DNA from: Phoronis australis
Lineage: Eukaryota; Animalia; Phoronida
Assembly (NCBI GenBank): GCA_002633005.1
Contig: NMRA01000438.1
Coordinates: forward strand, 137,118 to 201,117
Direction of reading: 5' to 3'
DNA length: 64,000 nt
The notes under the pieces are model-generated. The model searched no databases. It saw only the letters and a program-made list of their open reading frames with translations, and was not told the origin of the DNA. Shown here in pieces: positions 13,701 through 26,109 of this stretch (its first letter is position 1; each line of letters opens with the position of its first letter). The position numbers were made by a program, and so were the translations under genes.

Positions 13701-16450
13701 TGGTAACCAAAAACAAACAATTTCAAGTGGATTGCCTCTTGATCAGCTTGACGTGCACCCCTTCCTGGGTTGCTTTGTGTGATTTTTCCCTCTACTGTAC
13801 AGTTTGGACAGTCCGGCGTTTCTAAAAAGAGCTTTTGGTTCCAGTGGTCCTAAACAGAAACCAAATGGCAAATCGCCACGTCATCTCTAGACTTACTTTT
13901 CACTTATGCCGTGATTGACTTGTAAATTCCAAATGACATCGGTACAGCTCAGCGGATATCAACCTGCGTTCTATCTAATAACAGAACTTTTGCAAATTTT
14001 GTGAATTTGGACTGAAGGTGATCCTTGCGTAGATGAAGAATGATCTGTAATACTGAAAAGAACTGACAGGTCATTTTTCCCTGAGACCGTGTTCGGTGCA
14101 TAAAATGACACGCCGTGATAAGTCAACCTGTTGATCGACTGATGTCATGTCGTGTGAAGACCGATTGGGTTGGGAATGCCCTAATTTTGATTTTTTCGGG
14201 ACAGGAAAGGAAAAGGAAAAGCAGATTTTACATCCTGAAGTAGGTCTGAAGTCTTTTTTCTCTGGAAATGTGTAGCTTTGAATCTGTCACGAAAGATTTT
14301 TATTAACAGTATATTCAACTGGTTTCATAATTTGAAGCTTTTAATACAATTGGACCGTTTACGAAAATTAGAGTGCGACAGGGGGCGTATTGTTATACTT
14401 CATCTGGAAGATCAGTGAAGAATTCAAATCATTTGTATCAAATAAAAACACACACTTAGTAGTAACACCGCACGATAAAATACAATTTTTTTTTTTCTAA
14501 AGTGCTCTTTCATTTTCGACAATTGAATTTCCATTGGTGGAGTTACTGTACTTCCTGAAAACATATTTTCTGGGTTCTTTACGTGTGTTCTTCCCATCAA
14601 CGTTATGTGAAATGACGAGTGCATGAATTCGAAATCGTTAATCAAATCGGTATTTTTCTTAGATTACGCAGATGTTCGTCATTGCTGGTATATTGCACTG
14701 TCTTCCGTAAAACTACAAGAAAGTGTAACTTGTGTTTGAATCCCTACTTACAGCTCGTTTTCACATTGTGCGAACGAGCTAAGTGTTTATCTGATGGTGA
14801 ATGACATCTGTCGGATGTTTGGCTAGGTAAAGACATTCTGTTGACGTCTTGGAGTTTTCTTTCCGAATTCATATGTTCATCATTTCGTTTTGTCTGTATT
14901 TTATCTGCGGTATATAAATCGTGGATGATCCAAACTTAACAGTACTGCAGTGTAAGAACTCTTGCACTCTGGTTGACCATATTCACCGCTAGTTCCCAAT
15001 TGAGTGTTTATTACTAGAAAACAAAGATTTGGGCTTAACGTGAACATCATATTACCTTGCATTTATCTGAATCCCATGTTTATGGCATTTTTGCGTAGCG
15101 TCGAAAACGTCCGTTATCAGGGGGTGTCGCATAGCTCACGTGACGCCTAAAACAGTAAAACCCACAGACATACTGTACATGATGGCTTGCATTATTTGTA
15201 TTTATTTCAACAAAACAAATGTTATGGTTTTTGTCAAGATATGGAAATGTGAAAGTAAAAGAATCACGACCCTCGCATTGCTGTTTGTAAACTGAAGTTA
15301 AAGTACTGTACTGAGTCCGCAGATTTAGCTAAGAATATCTCTTAACGTCGTTTTAGCTGATCCTTTTCTATGACAAAGTTGCCAAGTGTTAATGTGAAAG
15401 TGAATGTGTTTTCTTTATCATTTTTTGTTAATTGCTATTATATTGTTGAAATGGATGATTTATAAACCAATGAAAGTAACCAGGCACCGTTCAAATAAAG
15501 TTTCCCGGGTTCTGTCTTTTTCTGAGGCGCCATCTCTTGTCGGTGACAGTCAGTTCACACAATCTTCTCACATTCCGTCCAGAAGTACGGTACATGTATG
15601 ACAGCCTCACAATAAGGACGACTGGTGACAGTGAAACCTGACAAGTGTACGTTAGTTGATTTTATAAAGTTTTAGCTAAGAATATCTCTTAATAATGTTT
15701 TAGCTGATCATTTTCTATGACAAAAATTGCGAAGTGTTAATGTGAAAGTGAAGGTTTTGTTTTCCTTCTCATTTTTGCTAACTTCTATTATGTTGTGAAA
15801 ATAAGTTATTTAAAATCAATGAAAGTAACCATGCACCGTTCAATTTAAGTTTCCTGTTCCGTCCTTCTGTGAAACGCCACCTTTTGTCCGTGGCAGTCTA
15901 TTTAGGCAATCTCACTTTCCATCTAGGAGTATAACAGCAAGGGCGTCGGATTGGTGACAACAAAACCTGAGAAGTGTAGGTTAGTGGATTTTATGAAGAC
16001 AGTCATATTATTTTCTACAAATATTGATCGTCAGTGTTTTTTAAAAAAATTATCATGCATTAGAGAGGAATCACTATTTAACAATACGTTAAATGTTTAC
16101 CGGCACCAAATCTGTAACTTCCTTTAGATGTCCCAACGATAATGTCATATTTATAAGGCCACCTCACGGTTTCCTTGACAACCTAAAACATACAATTTCA
16201 AGTGCATCATATTCTTGGTCAAGTTTACATTTTCATAAGTCAAATCAAAGAACTAATCAGTTTCTTTTACGGTATGCGAACCTTTGTGTGGCACGATTTG
16301 TTTGAATCCTCTCTCTGTTGGCCAGTTTGGGCCAATACAGGTTTCTAAGAGGAGCTTTTGGTTCCAACGGCACCAAACAAAAACCATAAGCAAAACGTAA
16401 TAATTACGTCATTTCTTATTCCGTTTGTTTTTTCACACGTGATTGGCTTG
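10740..16450. repeat. Tandem array B: ~1.7-2.1-kb units, three copies plus a partial fourth; more diverged relatives at ~17170-19330
   Basis: ttttatctgcggtat at ~11052, 12720 and 14899. gtaaccaggcaccgttcaaat...gaggcgccatctcttg at ~11915, 13326 and 15476, degenerate at 15824. 17200-17500 resembles 13980-14300. Confidence 0.88.
11415..11671. mobile_element. MITE family 1 (CATGCGCGCACCC termini), copy 1, 5-bp TSD
   Basis: TIR catgcgcgcaccca / tgtgtgcgcgcaag, flanked by ggatg/gaatg. Absent from the equivalent site of the other array-B units (~13075, ~15225). Confidence 0.85.
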
Positions 16451-16497
16451 TAATTGACCTATCGCAAGCTCCCTTGCGAAAAGTCGACAAACAATAA

Positions 16498-16637
16498 GCC
16501 TCCCGTTCAGTAACGCTAGGACCTCGCTAAAAAGCAAGACTTCGCGAGATTACGTGAGATATTTCCGTGTATTTTAAATAAGAACACGTGATCTTGACTA
16601 GATTTTAGTTAGATCCTAGCGTCTACTGAACGCACGC
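16498..16637. mobile_element. Short palindromic MITE family 2, copy 1
   Basis: Inverted arms cgttcagtaacgctagga / tcctagcgtctactgaacg. Close copy at 25957-26109 and a reverse fragment at ~50568-50636. Confidence 0.75.
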
Positions 16638-16896
16638 AAGCTTTACCTGTTTGTCGGGTAAAATAGCGGCTAGGAAACGAAGGTGTGTCAAGAATGTTGC
16701 CTTCTGAATGGTCAGTTAAGCAGTCACTCAAAATCCTCTCGAAAGGTCAATTGCCATTTGAGGTCACACTCATTGGATAAGATGTTCGTCTATTTCCGTG
16801 TGACTAGTACAGTATAGCGTCGTACAGAAAATGCCGAATGTTAACTATTGTGGGTGAATGAGCGTGCTGAGGTTGGTCCGGCTAATTTTCATTTAC

Positions 16897-17150
16897 CATG
16901 CACGCACCCAGCCTAAAATATGGGGGGCTCGAATTTTTGAGAATGTGGACCTTTTACTCAGATTCACGGGGAAGGTCAGAGCTATGAATTGTGCATTCGC
17001 CGAATTTTGGTAGTTCCTGCCTTTTTAGTGGACTTTTGTATCGTTTTCTACTTTTTCGGAGTTTTTGTTTCTCAGAGGCGGATTATTTGCCCACTTTGCC
17101 AAATTGGGAGTGCTCGTTCGAGCACCCCGTACCCCCTAGGTGCGCGCATG
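16897..17150. mobile_element. MITE family 1, copy 2 (opposite orientation to copy 1)
   Basis: TIR catgcacgcaccca / taggtgcgcgcatg, flanks tttac/tttaa. The internal sequence is the reverse complement of copy 1. Confidence 0.85.
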
Positions 17151-20100
17151 TTTAAAGTTGATAAGAAACCTGCGTTCTGTCAATAGTCATACTTTTGATT
17201 CAGACCACCTCCCGCTGTAAGATTGGCGATCCTTCCTTAGATGAAGAATCATGCCCCATCCTGCAACGAACTGACAGGTCGCATAAAATGACATGCCGTG
17301 ATAAGCAAACGTGTAGAACGATTGAAGTTGTGTCGTGAAAAGTTAATGACAAGACTGGTTGTGTTGGGAATGCCCTAGTTTTGATTTTTGGGACACAGAG
17401 CAAAGCAAAGGGAAAAGAGGGTCTTACACGTACCTCCTGTAGTAAGCCCGCTTTCTTTTTTGTATGAAAATATGTCGCTTTTAATGTACGAACTTTAAAA
17501 TGATCGTTTGTATAAACAAAAACATTGTATTGGACGACGTTTCGGTTAATTACCATTAAAAAGACAATATTTTTTACAATACTCCAGTCAGGTAACACAG
17601 GGGAACAGTCTGCACAGGTATACATCAAAATGAATAGTGAGGAGAGAGTCTGTGAGAGAATTGTATTAACTTTGTATCCGCTCGACTCTTAAAGCTTAAA
17701 ATTTCTAATGTAATTGGACCGTTTACAAAAAAATCGTCTAAAGAGAGTAAAGATGAAGTGCATTCCATATTTTTTGTTCACTCAGTCTGAATTGGAGGCC
17801 GAGCTCTCATATGTATGTTATGTTTCACAATTCACTTTGACATTTAGCAGATTTCGATGCAAAGCCCTTCTGAAAGAAAAATTGAACGTTACGGTCTACA
17901 AATACAAATACGTGTTTCGTAGTTCATCTCGACAATGAGGAACATTCGTGAAACGTAGCTTGTCAAAGGGAAATCAGATTTTGTGCCCTCCAATTCAAAT
18001 ACAGAACTTAATTATATGTATTATTGATAGCGGCAATGAAACACCAAGTGTTCGGGTACATCTATTTAATTGATTAATTATTGTGTTGTACTCATTTTTC
18101 TATAATAAAGCATCTACTTCATTCAATATGTATACTTTATAAGTGCTCACAAAACAACTTGCGAAAGTTTCGAAAAGCCCCCATAGGGGTGCTTTTGGCA
18201 TCGGTTTGCAGGTCGTCGGCTTGGAATGTGGGCAAGCAGTCCGAGCTGCGAAACGAATGTCCTTCATTAGCAGAATTCGTGACGGTGACAATGTTGTCTT
18301 TTCTGTTCTCAAACTTGAAACGATATTCAAGTAGATGGTTCGAACCCACAAACTAAATGGTGGCTTTCTGATGCTTCGCTAGTCTAGCAGAGCTGCAAGT
18401 CGATGCGGCGAAGTCAAGTTGCCTATTTAAAGCGATAAGGTCACACATGGCCTTGATTTTACTTCTACCGAAAGGCTGGACGCCAGGATCGGGCGATTTC
18501 AAATAAAGTCACTAAACAACAAATGTTGAGGTTGTGTAAGTCTATTCAGAGATAATGTCATCAAGTATATCCTACCCAAAAATAATGCCGCTTTTCAGCC
18601 CTGAAATCAAAGATTTTATAGTATCTTTGCTGAAATTAAGCTCGTTCGATACACAAGAGTTCGTCTATTTCCGTTTGACGTCATTTCATGTACATTGCCA
18701 GATATACGTGTAGTAATGTTAGCTTGTAAAACAAATTTCGCTAGTAAAGTAAACTTTGGAATAAACTGAAATATTTGGGGTATCCGTAGAACTTTGAATA
18801 TGTTTGGATAGTCACTGAAATCTCGGCAATTGTCACCATCACATCTCGCGTTCATTCTATTCAAAATACGTCATGAATCGTCGAATTTGCTCACTTCGAT
18901 TTACGAACTAGTTCTCTTAGCCACTCGAAGCCTTGGTGCAAAGCTGTATACTAAATTTATTTGTCGATAGTCTTCATACAGTTAGCTGGCTGGCAAAACC
19001 AATCGTTGATTGAATAAATTTTCTGTTGAGCTAAAACTGAAGTCGCATATTTTGTCAAGATTCGGTGTGCGACAACTTGAAACTCCAGGGTAACTCAACT
19101 ACTCTTGACTTCATATATACACAAAACGTACCGAGAGCTATCCCACGAGAAATTAATTCCGAGTATAGACGGAGACCGAATTTGTATTTATCCCATGCGC
19201 TTCGAATCCCTAAGTTTCTTGCATTTTTGGCAGATTTTTCAAATACTTCATCCAGACTGTTTACATGGCGGGCATCCTATATGTATGTACTTGCGCGTTA
19301 GGTTTCAAGTTTTCTCTTGTAAAAGAAACAGTTTTAGAAGCAACAATTTATTTCTTGAAACGAGGTAGCAAAGATGAAAACAGCGGCAACCATAGATTAT
19401 AGTCTATGCGGCAACTGATCAGTGAACTTTTAACATCTCCTGGAAATATTTTAAAAAACAATAATAATTGATATTTTATTTTCCTAGGAATCGGCGCCTG
19501 AGTTGCAGACGATATAATATTCAGCAATTGAAAACTGAGACATAAGTGTCTTATAATTAACAGTTTTGTTCTAGATTTTACGTTTAGGGCCTGGTTGCAT
19601 GTCGAGTGTTAGTTACACTGTTGCAACTGTGTTACTTCAAACTATATTCGGAAAGTTTGATGATCGAACCGGCTCAGAAGACGTCGAGTCGAGATTGACC
19701 TACCTTTTGAACTTTCCATGTCAGAGGTCGCTGTTAAAGTAGTGCGGGAGGTGAATACGGAAAACTTTATTTCATGGCCGTATTTCCCTCGACAGATGCA
19801 ACGCGCGTGGGATAAAACAAAGTATTGTAAGCTTTCACAATACATGCAAGGTCGGAGAACTCTCCATAACCAGTTTTTATACCAATATTCCCAGAGTCAC
19901 AACTTGCCTTTTCTAGAAACGGCCTGAACGAGTTCAGAATTCCATATTTATTTAATTCCATATTTATTTCTGTACTCACACAAGATCAACCGAATAAGCC
20001 AATCTCAAAACATGACCTACTTGACGTAGTGCTCCAAGTACTATAGACCAAGCCTACATATAAAAATTTGTAGGTAAGCGCGTACGTTTGACAAAACGTG

Positions 20101-20191
20101 CGTTCTCGCTTGGGTGACAAGCTTCGAGGCAAACTTTACGAAGCTGTGAAAACATAACGTCGAGAAAATACTCTGTTGTTCAAGGTAAGAA

Positions 20192-20468
20192 CAAAGGCGG
20201 ATTTAGGGGGAGCCCAGGCCCCCCCTCTTGGCCGCAGCAAGCAAAAATGGAACAGCAACAAGTAGGACGCGGAGAAGGGGACCCGGTGCTCCAGATCGCG
20301 GCGCACCCGTTCTTTGTTTTTTTAGTCAACCGGTAGATTTTCGGAACAGAGGGCTCACACACCCGGCTGTGGCTACTTCGGGCCTGTGCTGCACATACAA
20401 TCGCACTTTGCCCGATTCCCCGAGACACCATGTTGGGCCCCCCTTCTGGTATCGTAGGTCCGCCACTG
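20192..20468. mobile_element. Non-autonomous DNA transposon with CAGTGGCGGA-type termini and a perfect 5-bp TSD (AAGAA)
   Basis: caaaggcggattta / taggtccgccactg inverted termini. AAGAA at 20187-20191 and 20469-20473. GC-rich island in AT-rich context. Confidence 0.82.
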
Positions 20469-22861
20469 AAGAACGATATGATTGGTTAAACAATGCGTTT
20501 ACTAGATGTACATGCACGTATCGGTCAATCAAAAAGTGGACGAGGTTTTTAGCATAAAATATTACAAAATTTGGCGTTTGCTTGTGACTCGATACGGCGT
20601 GCAGTGATTGTGTGAAGCTAGTGGTGAATGGCCACAGTGGAGGAAACAAATTTAATCTTTAATGCATACGCCTGTTAGGTTTTAGGTTAGTGAAAAATAG
20701 TTCCAGTTCCTTAAGATTCCTGTAGAAAAGATCACGGCCCGGTTTGAAGGGGAAAATGTTTCTCTTATGGAAAATAACGAATTGTATCGAATGAGGGTGC
20801 CTGTACCTGGTTGCATAATCTGACTTTTTAAAATGTTTGACTTTTTATATGACCCCAGTTTCATACAAAACAGTGTGTTGTCGAGTTTTGAGTGCATTTT
20901 TGGGAAAGCTTGTCATATAAATAAGTCATGCTCTTCATAATTGCACTGGTGGCAAAATTTTGGTTATTCCTGTGCCCTGCCCCCCAACTCAAAATCCTGA
21001 ATAGATTTGGTAAATGAACTAACTCTCAGTAGGTTCTTAGTATTTAGTTACAAAACCTGACATGTCATGGAAATGTAATGTGTAGTGCACGTACTCCGAT
21101 GTTAACAAATACCATGAAACAAAATATTACACGGTAAGTAGGCAACATTTGCCACGGACGGTTTCCTCCCCTGGGTGTTTATTACAAATACATGTTTTGA
21201 GTGAAATATTAGCATGTGTGTAGTGTACGTACCCCTATATTTTAACGTGTGCCCATTTCCAAAGAATGGCATACAGATATGCTTACATTTGCTGTACTTT
21301 TTATTTGTTTTCTTTAAATAGATTTGGTAAATGAACTTACTTTCAGTGGATTCTAAGAATTTTTTATAAACCTGACATGTTATTGAAATGTAGTGTAGGT
21401 ACCCCTGTGTACCCTGTGTAGTATACGTACCTTCAACCCCTGTGCTATAAAATATTGCTCACAAGTATTTTTACATACTGCCGTTCTCATGAACAATACT
21501 GATATCTCCAAAATGCATCCAGTCTGACAAAAAAAAATTATTAAATTTGTGGGCAATAGAATGCCACACAGGACTTAGCCAGTAACATCCTAGAAGACAC
21601 CTTATGTGACAACTGATGTTGCAGAGGCAGGTGCTCTATTTCTCATGATAACTTGCAGCAAACCAACAAGTAGTGGTAGGCCAAAACTCGAGACCATCCC
21701 ATATATTTGTAACTTAGTCAAAATTTGGTGTTGATTGGCTGTACATAATTACGTAGTTTACGTACCCCTCAAGCAGTACCATTTTTACTGCTTGCAAGTT
21801 GAACACTGGACCTAGCATTGAGTTAACTATTTTGACCAACCGGTGAATGCACTGAAAACTAGCCAAATAGCACCGATGATTTTTTTAATTTTTGAAAAAA
21901 GTAGTTAATTGTCGTTTTCCTTTTGTAAGAAACATATTGCAAGAGAAAAAGTTTTCATTATACTGTGTTAGGATATTTATGCATCATCATCTAGGACAAC
22001 TTGATCAGAACGGTAAAGTATTTGATACTTCTTCAATTTAATCAAAAAGTTATTAAATCAACAGCTACCCTATGAAATTTTGCGTGATAGAAGTGGGATG
22101 TGACCACAAGTTGTAGTGTACGTACCCTTTTATATAACAGTGATGCATCAGGCAATAAAATTTTATTCAGTGGTTCTTGTGCAAAAATATTTTATACTAC
22201 AAAACTAGAATGCTCGTACTTTAAAATAACCCAACTTTTATAGTTATACGACAGCCTTCATTTTTCACCAAAAGTGGCCACCGAGTGTGGACCTTGATTG
22301 CGATTTGCTCGTGGGCCAGGAGAGAGGCATCGTTATACGCTAACACCAAGGAGTGTACAAAGAATTGTACTACACTCCTTGCTAACATATGCTTACGACT
22401 GACATAAACTAAGTGCAAGACTGCATATTATGCTCAAAAGTCCCGGTAGTGACGTCACAGGATGGACCTGACAACGATTAACAACGGATCTATTACATAT
22501 AGCAACTGCACACGATCTTACTTAAAAAATCTCCGTGTGCTCGCATGTAATTAAAAGTAGTCGTTGGAAGTTAGAAAATCGATATTTAAGAAGAACGGTC
22601 AAGTCTATATGGGTACTAAAGTGTCATAGGGCTTTAGGCTGCGAATATTCAACGAGAAGGAATGAATTCATTTCAATTAGTAAACTTTTAGAATGGGATC
22701 TGAAACTCACCTACAATGGCCTAACTGTGCCGATTTCATCCACAATCACCATGAGCTTTCGTTTCTTTGTGAACCTAAAACATCAAAGTTGAAATTGACC
22801 CTACTTTCAACTTTTACATTTCTTTGTCTGATCAAAGCATTAATTAATTTCACCGGCCACG

Positions 22862-23682
22862 CGCTTACCTCTTGCACGGACAGTTACACTTGTGGTTCCC
22901 TCATGCTGTCGGTTTTTCTTGGCCAAGTTAGGCGTCAATTGCTCTTGAAGGGTGCATCATTCCATATGACAACTGTCGTTGCAGACACTGAGAAACCATG
23001 GCGAATCGTAACCATGACGTCATTGTTCATTTTTGCGACCTCATCGCCGGACGGCATGACGTGAAGTTCACGTCATGCGCTTTCGTTGAGGTCGGTAGTT
23101 TTACATTGCACATGCGTTATATCTGTGACGGTCAAATCTTTGTCATCCCCATGCGCGCACCCAGCCTAAAATATCGGGGGGCTCAATTTTTTCGATATGC
23201 GGACCTTTTACTGAAAAAAATCAACGTGGACTAAAAATAGATAAAATATAATAAAAAAGGGGGCCACTAGGTTCATGCCCACGAATTGTGGATCCGCGCC
23301 GAATTCCCGTGGATTTTGTGGACTTTTGTCTTGTTTACTCGGTCGTTTTGCCCAATTTGCCCCCCGAGCCCCCCCCCCGGGTGCGCCCATGATCTCCTAC
23401 ATCGATACCATCTTCGGTGACCAGACATTGCTTACCTCTTGCAGAGACAGTTGAACGTGTGGTTCCTTCATGCTGTTGGACCCTTTTAACCAACTTAAGC
23501 GCCAATTACTCTTCAAGGGTGTGCATCATTTCATATGACAACTGTCTCAGGCAGAAACCATGATGAATCGTAACCATGACGTCATCGTTTATTTTGGCTA
23601 CGTCATCGAAAGGCATAACATGAACTTCACGTCATGCGCTTTCGTTGAGGTCGATAGTTTGACATTGCACATGCGTTGTATC
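22862..23682. repeat. Diverged ~260-bp direct duplication (22862-23123 and 23430-23682) separated by a MITE
   Basis: Both copies run from gcttacctcttgca to acattgcacatgcgtt.tatc with colinear similarity. Confidence 0.88.
23150..23391. mobile_element. MITE family 1, copy 3
   Basis: TIR catgcgcgcaccc / gggtgcgcccatg, flanks atccc/atctc. Shares cagcctaaaatat.ggggggctc and ggaccttttact with copy 2. Confidence 0.82.
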
Positions 23683-23785
23683 AAGATATTTATAGACTCG
23701 GTCATTCTCGTCTACATAAAATGATTCACATTTATGAGTAAAACGTTATTTCTGAAAGAAGAAACGACAACTACCAGATATACTC

Positions 23786-24470
23786 TATAGCCCCGCAATA
23801 AGGCCCTGCGTGTTTTTCGCAAGATTCATTAACTCAAATGTCTGCATATAGGCGCATACGCCTAAGTTCGACAGTTAGGCGCAGGCAGTGCTCCATTTAT
23901 AGATTTATCTTGAACGATTTTTAAAAAATACACAGTACATATTACGTCACTAGAGCGTGTGGTGTTAGTGGCCACTATGGTTGAGTACAGGAACAATTAA
24001 GTTATAAAAATATACAGTTTTAATACTCATTACCAGAATTACGCATAAAATAACACTTGGTTTATCTCCTCTTCTAAAAATATACTTAACTGCCACGTTT
24101 TATCTACAATCGAGTCCTAATTGTTCAACCTGACAAAAATAGTTTACAGGTGGGTGGATATGGGAAAAGAGATAGAAGCGAGGTCACAGATAGAAGACCA
24201 GTGTGGTCCAAAAGAGCTGGAGAGACTGAAATTGCCATAGTCTTGTTACTTTCCTGCCAAGACGAACAAGCAATATAGATTCTTCGGCAGTATTAGAAAG
24301 AATTTGCACTATAATCCACGTGCAAAGTAGGAGGGTTTTTAAAAGAATTAAGGTGCCCTATATCTAGAGCACCATAATCAACGCAAGTTGTACTCAGATG
24401 CCCCGAATATACATTAGGCGCATTCGCGCGGTCCAGCAATTAGGCACATGCACCTAATTGCGGGGCTATA
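23786..24470. mobile_element. TIR element (~685 bp), TATAGCCCCGCAAT termini, probable TA target
   Basis: 14-bp perfect inverted termini tatagccccgcaat / attgcggggctata, plus subterminal taggcgca repeats at both ends. Confidence 0.72.
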
Positions 24471-25956
24471 TAGTTGCTCAATTTCGAATACTATTCTGAG
24501 TGGTGTTGTCTTAATGTGGAACTACGAATGCTAAGAAGCTCGAAAGAATTCAGTTCAGGGTTCTGATGTGGGTTTCTAACGTTTATAATTCAACTTACAT
24601 GTATGATTGTTAATTTGACAGAACAATTAAGGCTCCCTGCACCTCAGAGAAGTCATGCGGAAAGAGCTATATAGGTTGATTCAAGAGTTAAAATTTCCCC
24701 ACAGGTTGCCACACCCTGTTTGCAGGGCATATTTCTACAAGGATCAGTCAATCATATCCTGAGAATAGCAAAACAATTTTTGTGGCTCAGTATAAAACTA
24801 AGGTGGTCACGATTGTTTGCTAATTATGGTGCAGCATTTTTGGAACTCACTCTTCGTTTCTTACTCTTACAAAACAGTTACAATGTGTATTCTCCTCTTA
24901 ATTTACGATTTTTGTTCACCTGCAAGTTGTAAGTATGCTTTTTGTTCCTAACTCGTTTTTCCATAGTGTACATAGTGTATCGTGTACTAGTATTTTATCA
25001 AGATCCTTATATTCGAATTTTGTTTCCTTTAATTTTGTATAGCCATTTAGTACTTATTGTTGTTTTCCGTAATTGTTGACTTGTGTTACAGTAACTTTGA
25101 AACTCTTAAAATTAATTAATTACAGTATTGTATCATATTTAGGTGCAAGTTTGTAACTCAGTTGCTGTCTCTTTAGACAACAGGGAACGGGAGTTATGTG
25201 TGACTGGGCGTGATCAAGATCCAAAGGGTCTGATCAACATCATGGCAGCGAGCCGAATTCAGGTGTCATTGAACACGTTTAACACATTATGTTACAGATT
25301 TACGCTTTGGGATTGATACGGCGCCCTTGCACAAGTCCGGCAATGCTTTCCACTCAGCTCTTAAAAGGATACTTAACCCCGTGTTGATGATTTCAACCAA
25401 TCCTCATTTTGTCACCTGCTAATGCATCATGGACGTCAATCTTCCAAGTTAAAAGCAGGAACCAACTTTAACATCATATTCCCCATCTCACAATTTTATA
25501 TTGTGGTCCTTGGTGGGTGGTTGCCGTGAATTTGCTAAAAGCGTAGGTCACGCTTGCCCGTTCAGCACTCTGTAAAGGTCATTTTTGAAATTTTCCTCCA
25601 AACTTTTGACTGGGGCCGCTGAGCATTATTTTGTTTTAGAGAATTGGGTGGGACAGTTGTTTCGGTATCAGTTAATAAGCCAAAACCGGGTGTGGTATCC
25701 TTTTAAGGGTTAGTTTACCGACTAGAGTCAATGTCTGAGTAGTGAATACATTCTTGGCCTTACGCTCTTTAAACTAGCCATTCAAACCATGTTCTCGATT
25801 TCTGGTGTTAGGTATGACCTTCCTTCACAAGCGCATTTGCTCAAAGCAAGGAGGTAGCCCTCAGCCTTGACTGGAATTGGGCCGTCATCATGACAAGCGA
25901 CTTTTTAAAAAGAGATATCGGCGAGAGTTATGGTTTTCTGAAGTACATTCGAACCT

Positions 25957-26109
25957 GCCTCCCGTTCAGTAACGCTAGGACCTAGCTTAAAAGCAAGACT
26001 TTGTGAGATTACGCGAGATATTGCCGTGTATTTTAAATAAGAGCACGTGCACCTTGACTAGCTTTTGGCTAGGTCCTAGCGTAGGTCCTAGCGTCTACTG
26101 AACGCACGC
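25957..26109. mobile_element. Short palindromic MITE family 2, copy 2
   Basis: Same arms and internal sequence as 16498-16637, with a small internal duplication of taggtcctagcg. Confidence 0.75.

Larger units (their letters stand above)
10895..19330 (-). pseudogene. Putative decayed LRR (Toll/TLR-ectodomain-like) gene fragments within and beyond array B
   Basis: Minus-strand hand translations: IRGKSFDCLC; IDCHRQ...TELEKLDLNGAWLRLLVFK*FISKK; KLYLNG; YLDKNHNICFVEINT; ECLYLAKHP; YLMTLSLNRLTQPQHLLFSDF; TPMGAFRNFRKL. Many stops and frameshifts. Confidence 0.5.

Noticed and set aside
20180-20649. Overlapping GC-rich ORFs around 20.2-20.6 kb
   Set aside because: Explained by the GC-rich MITE at 20192-20468, with no recognisable protein.
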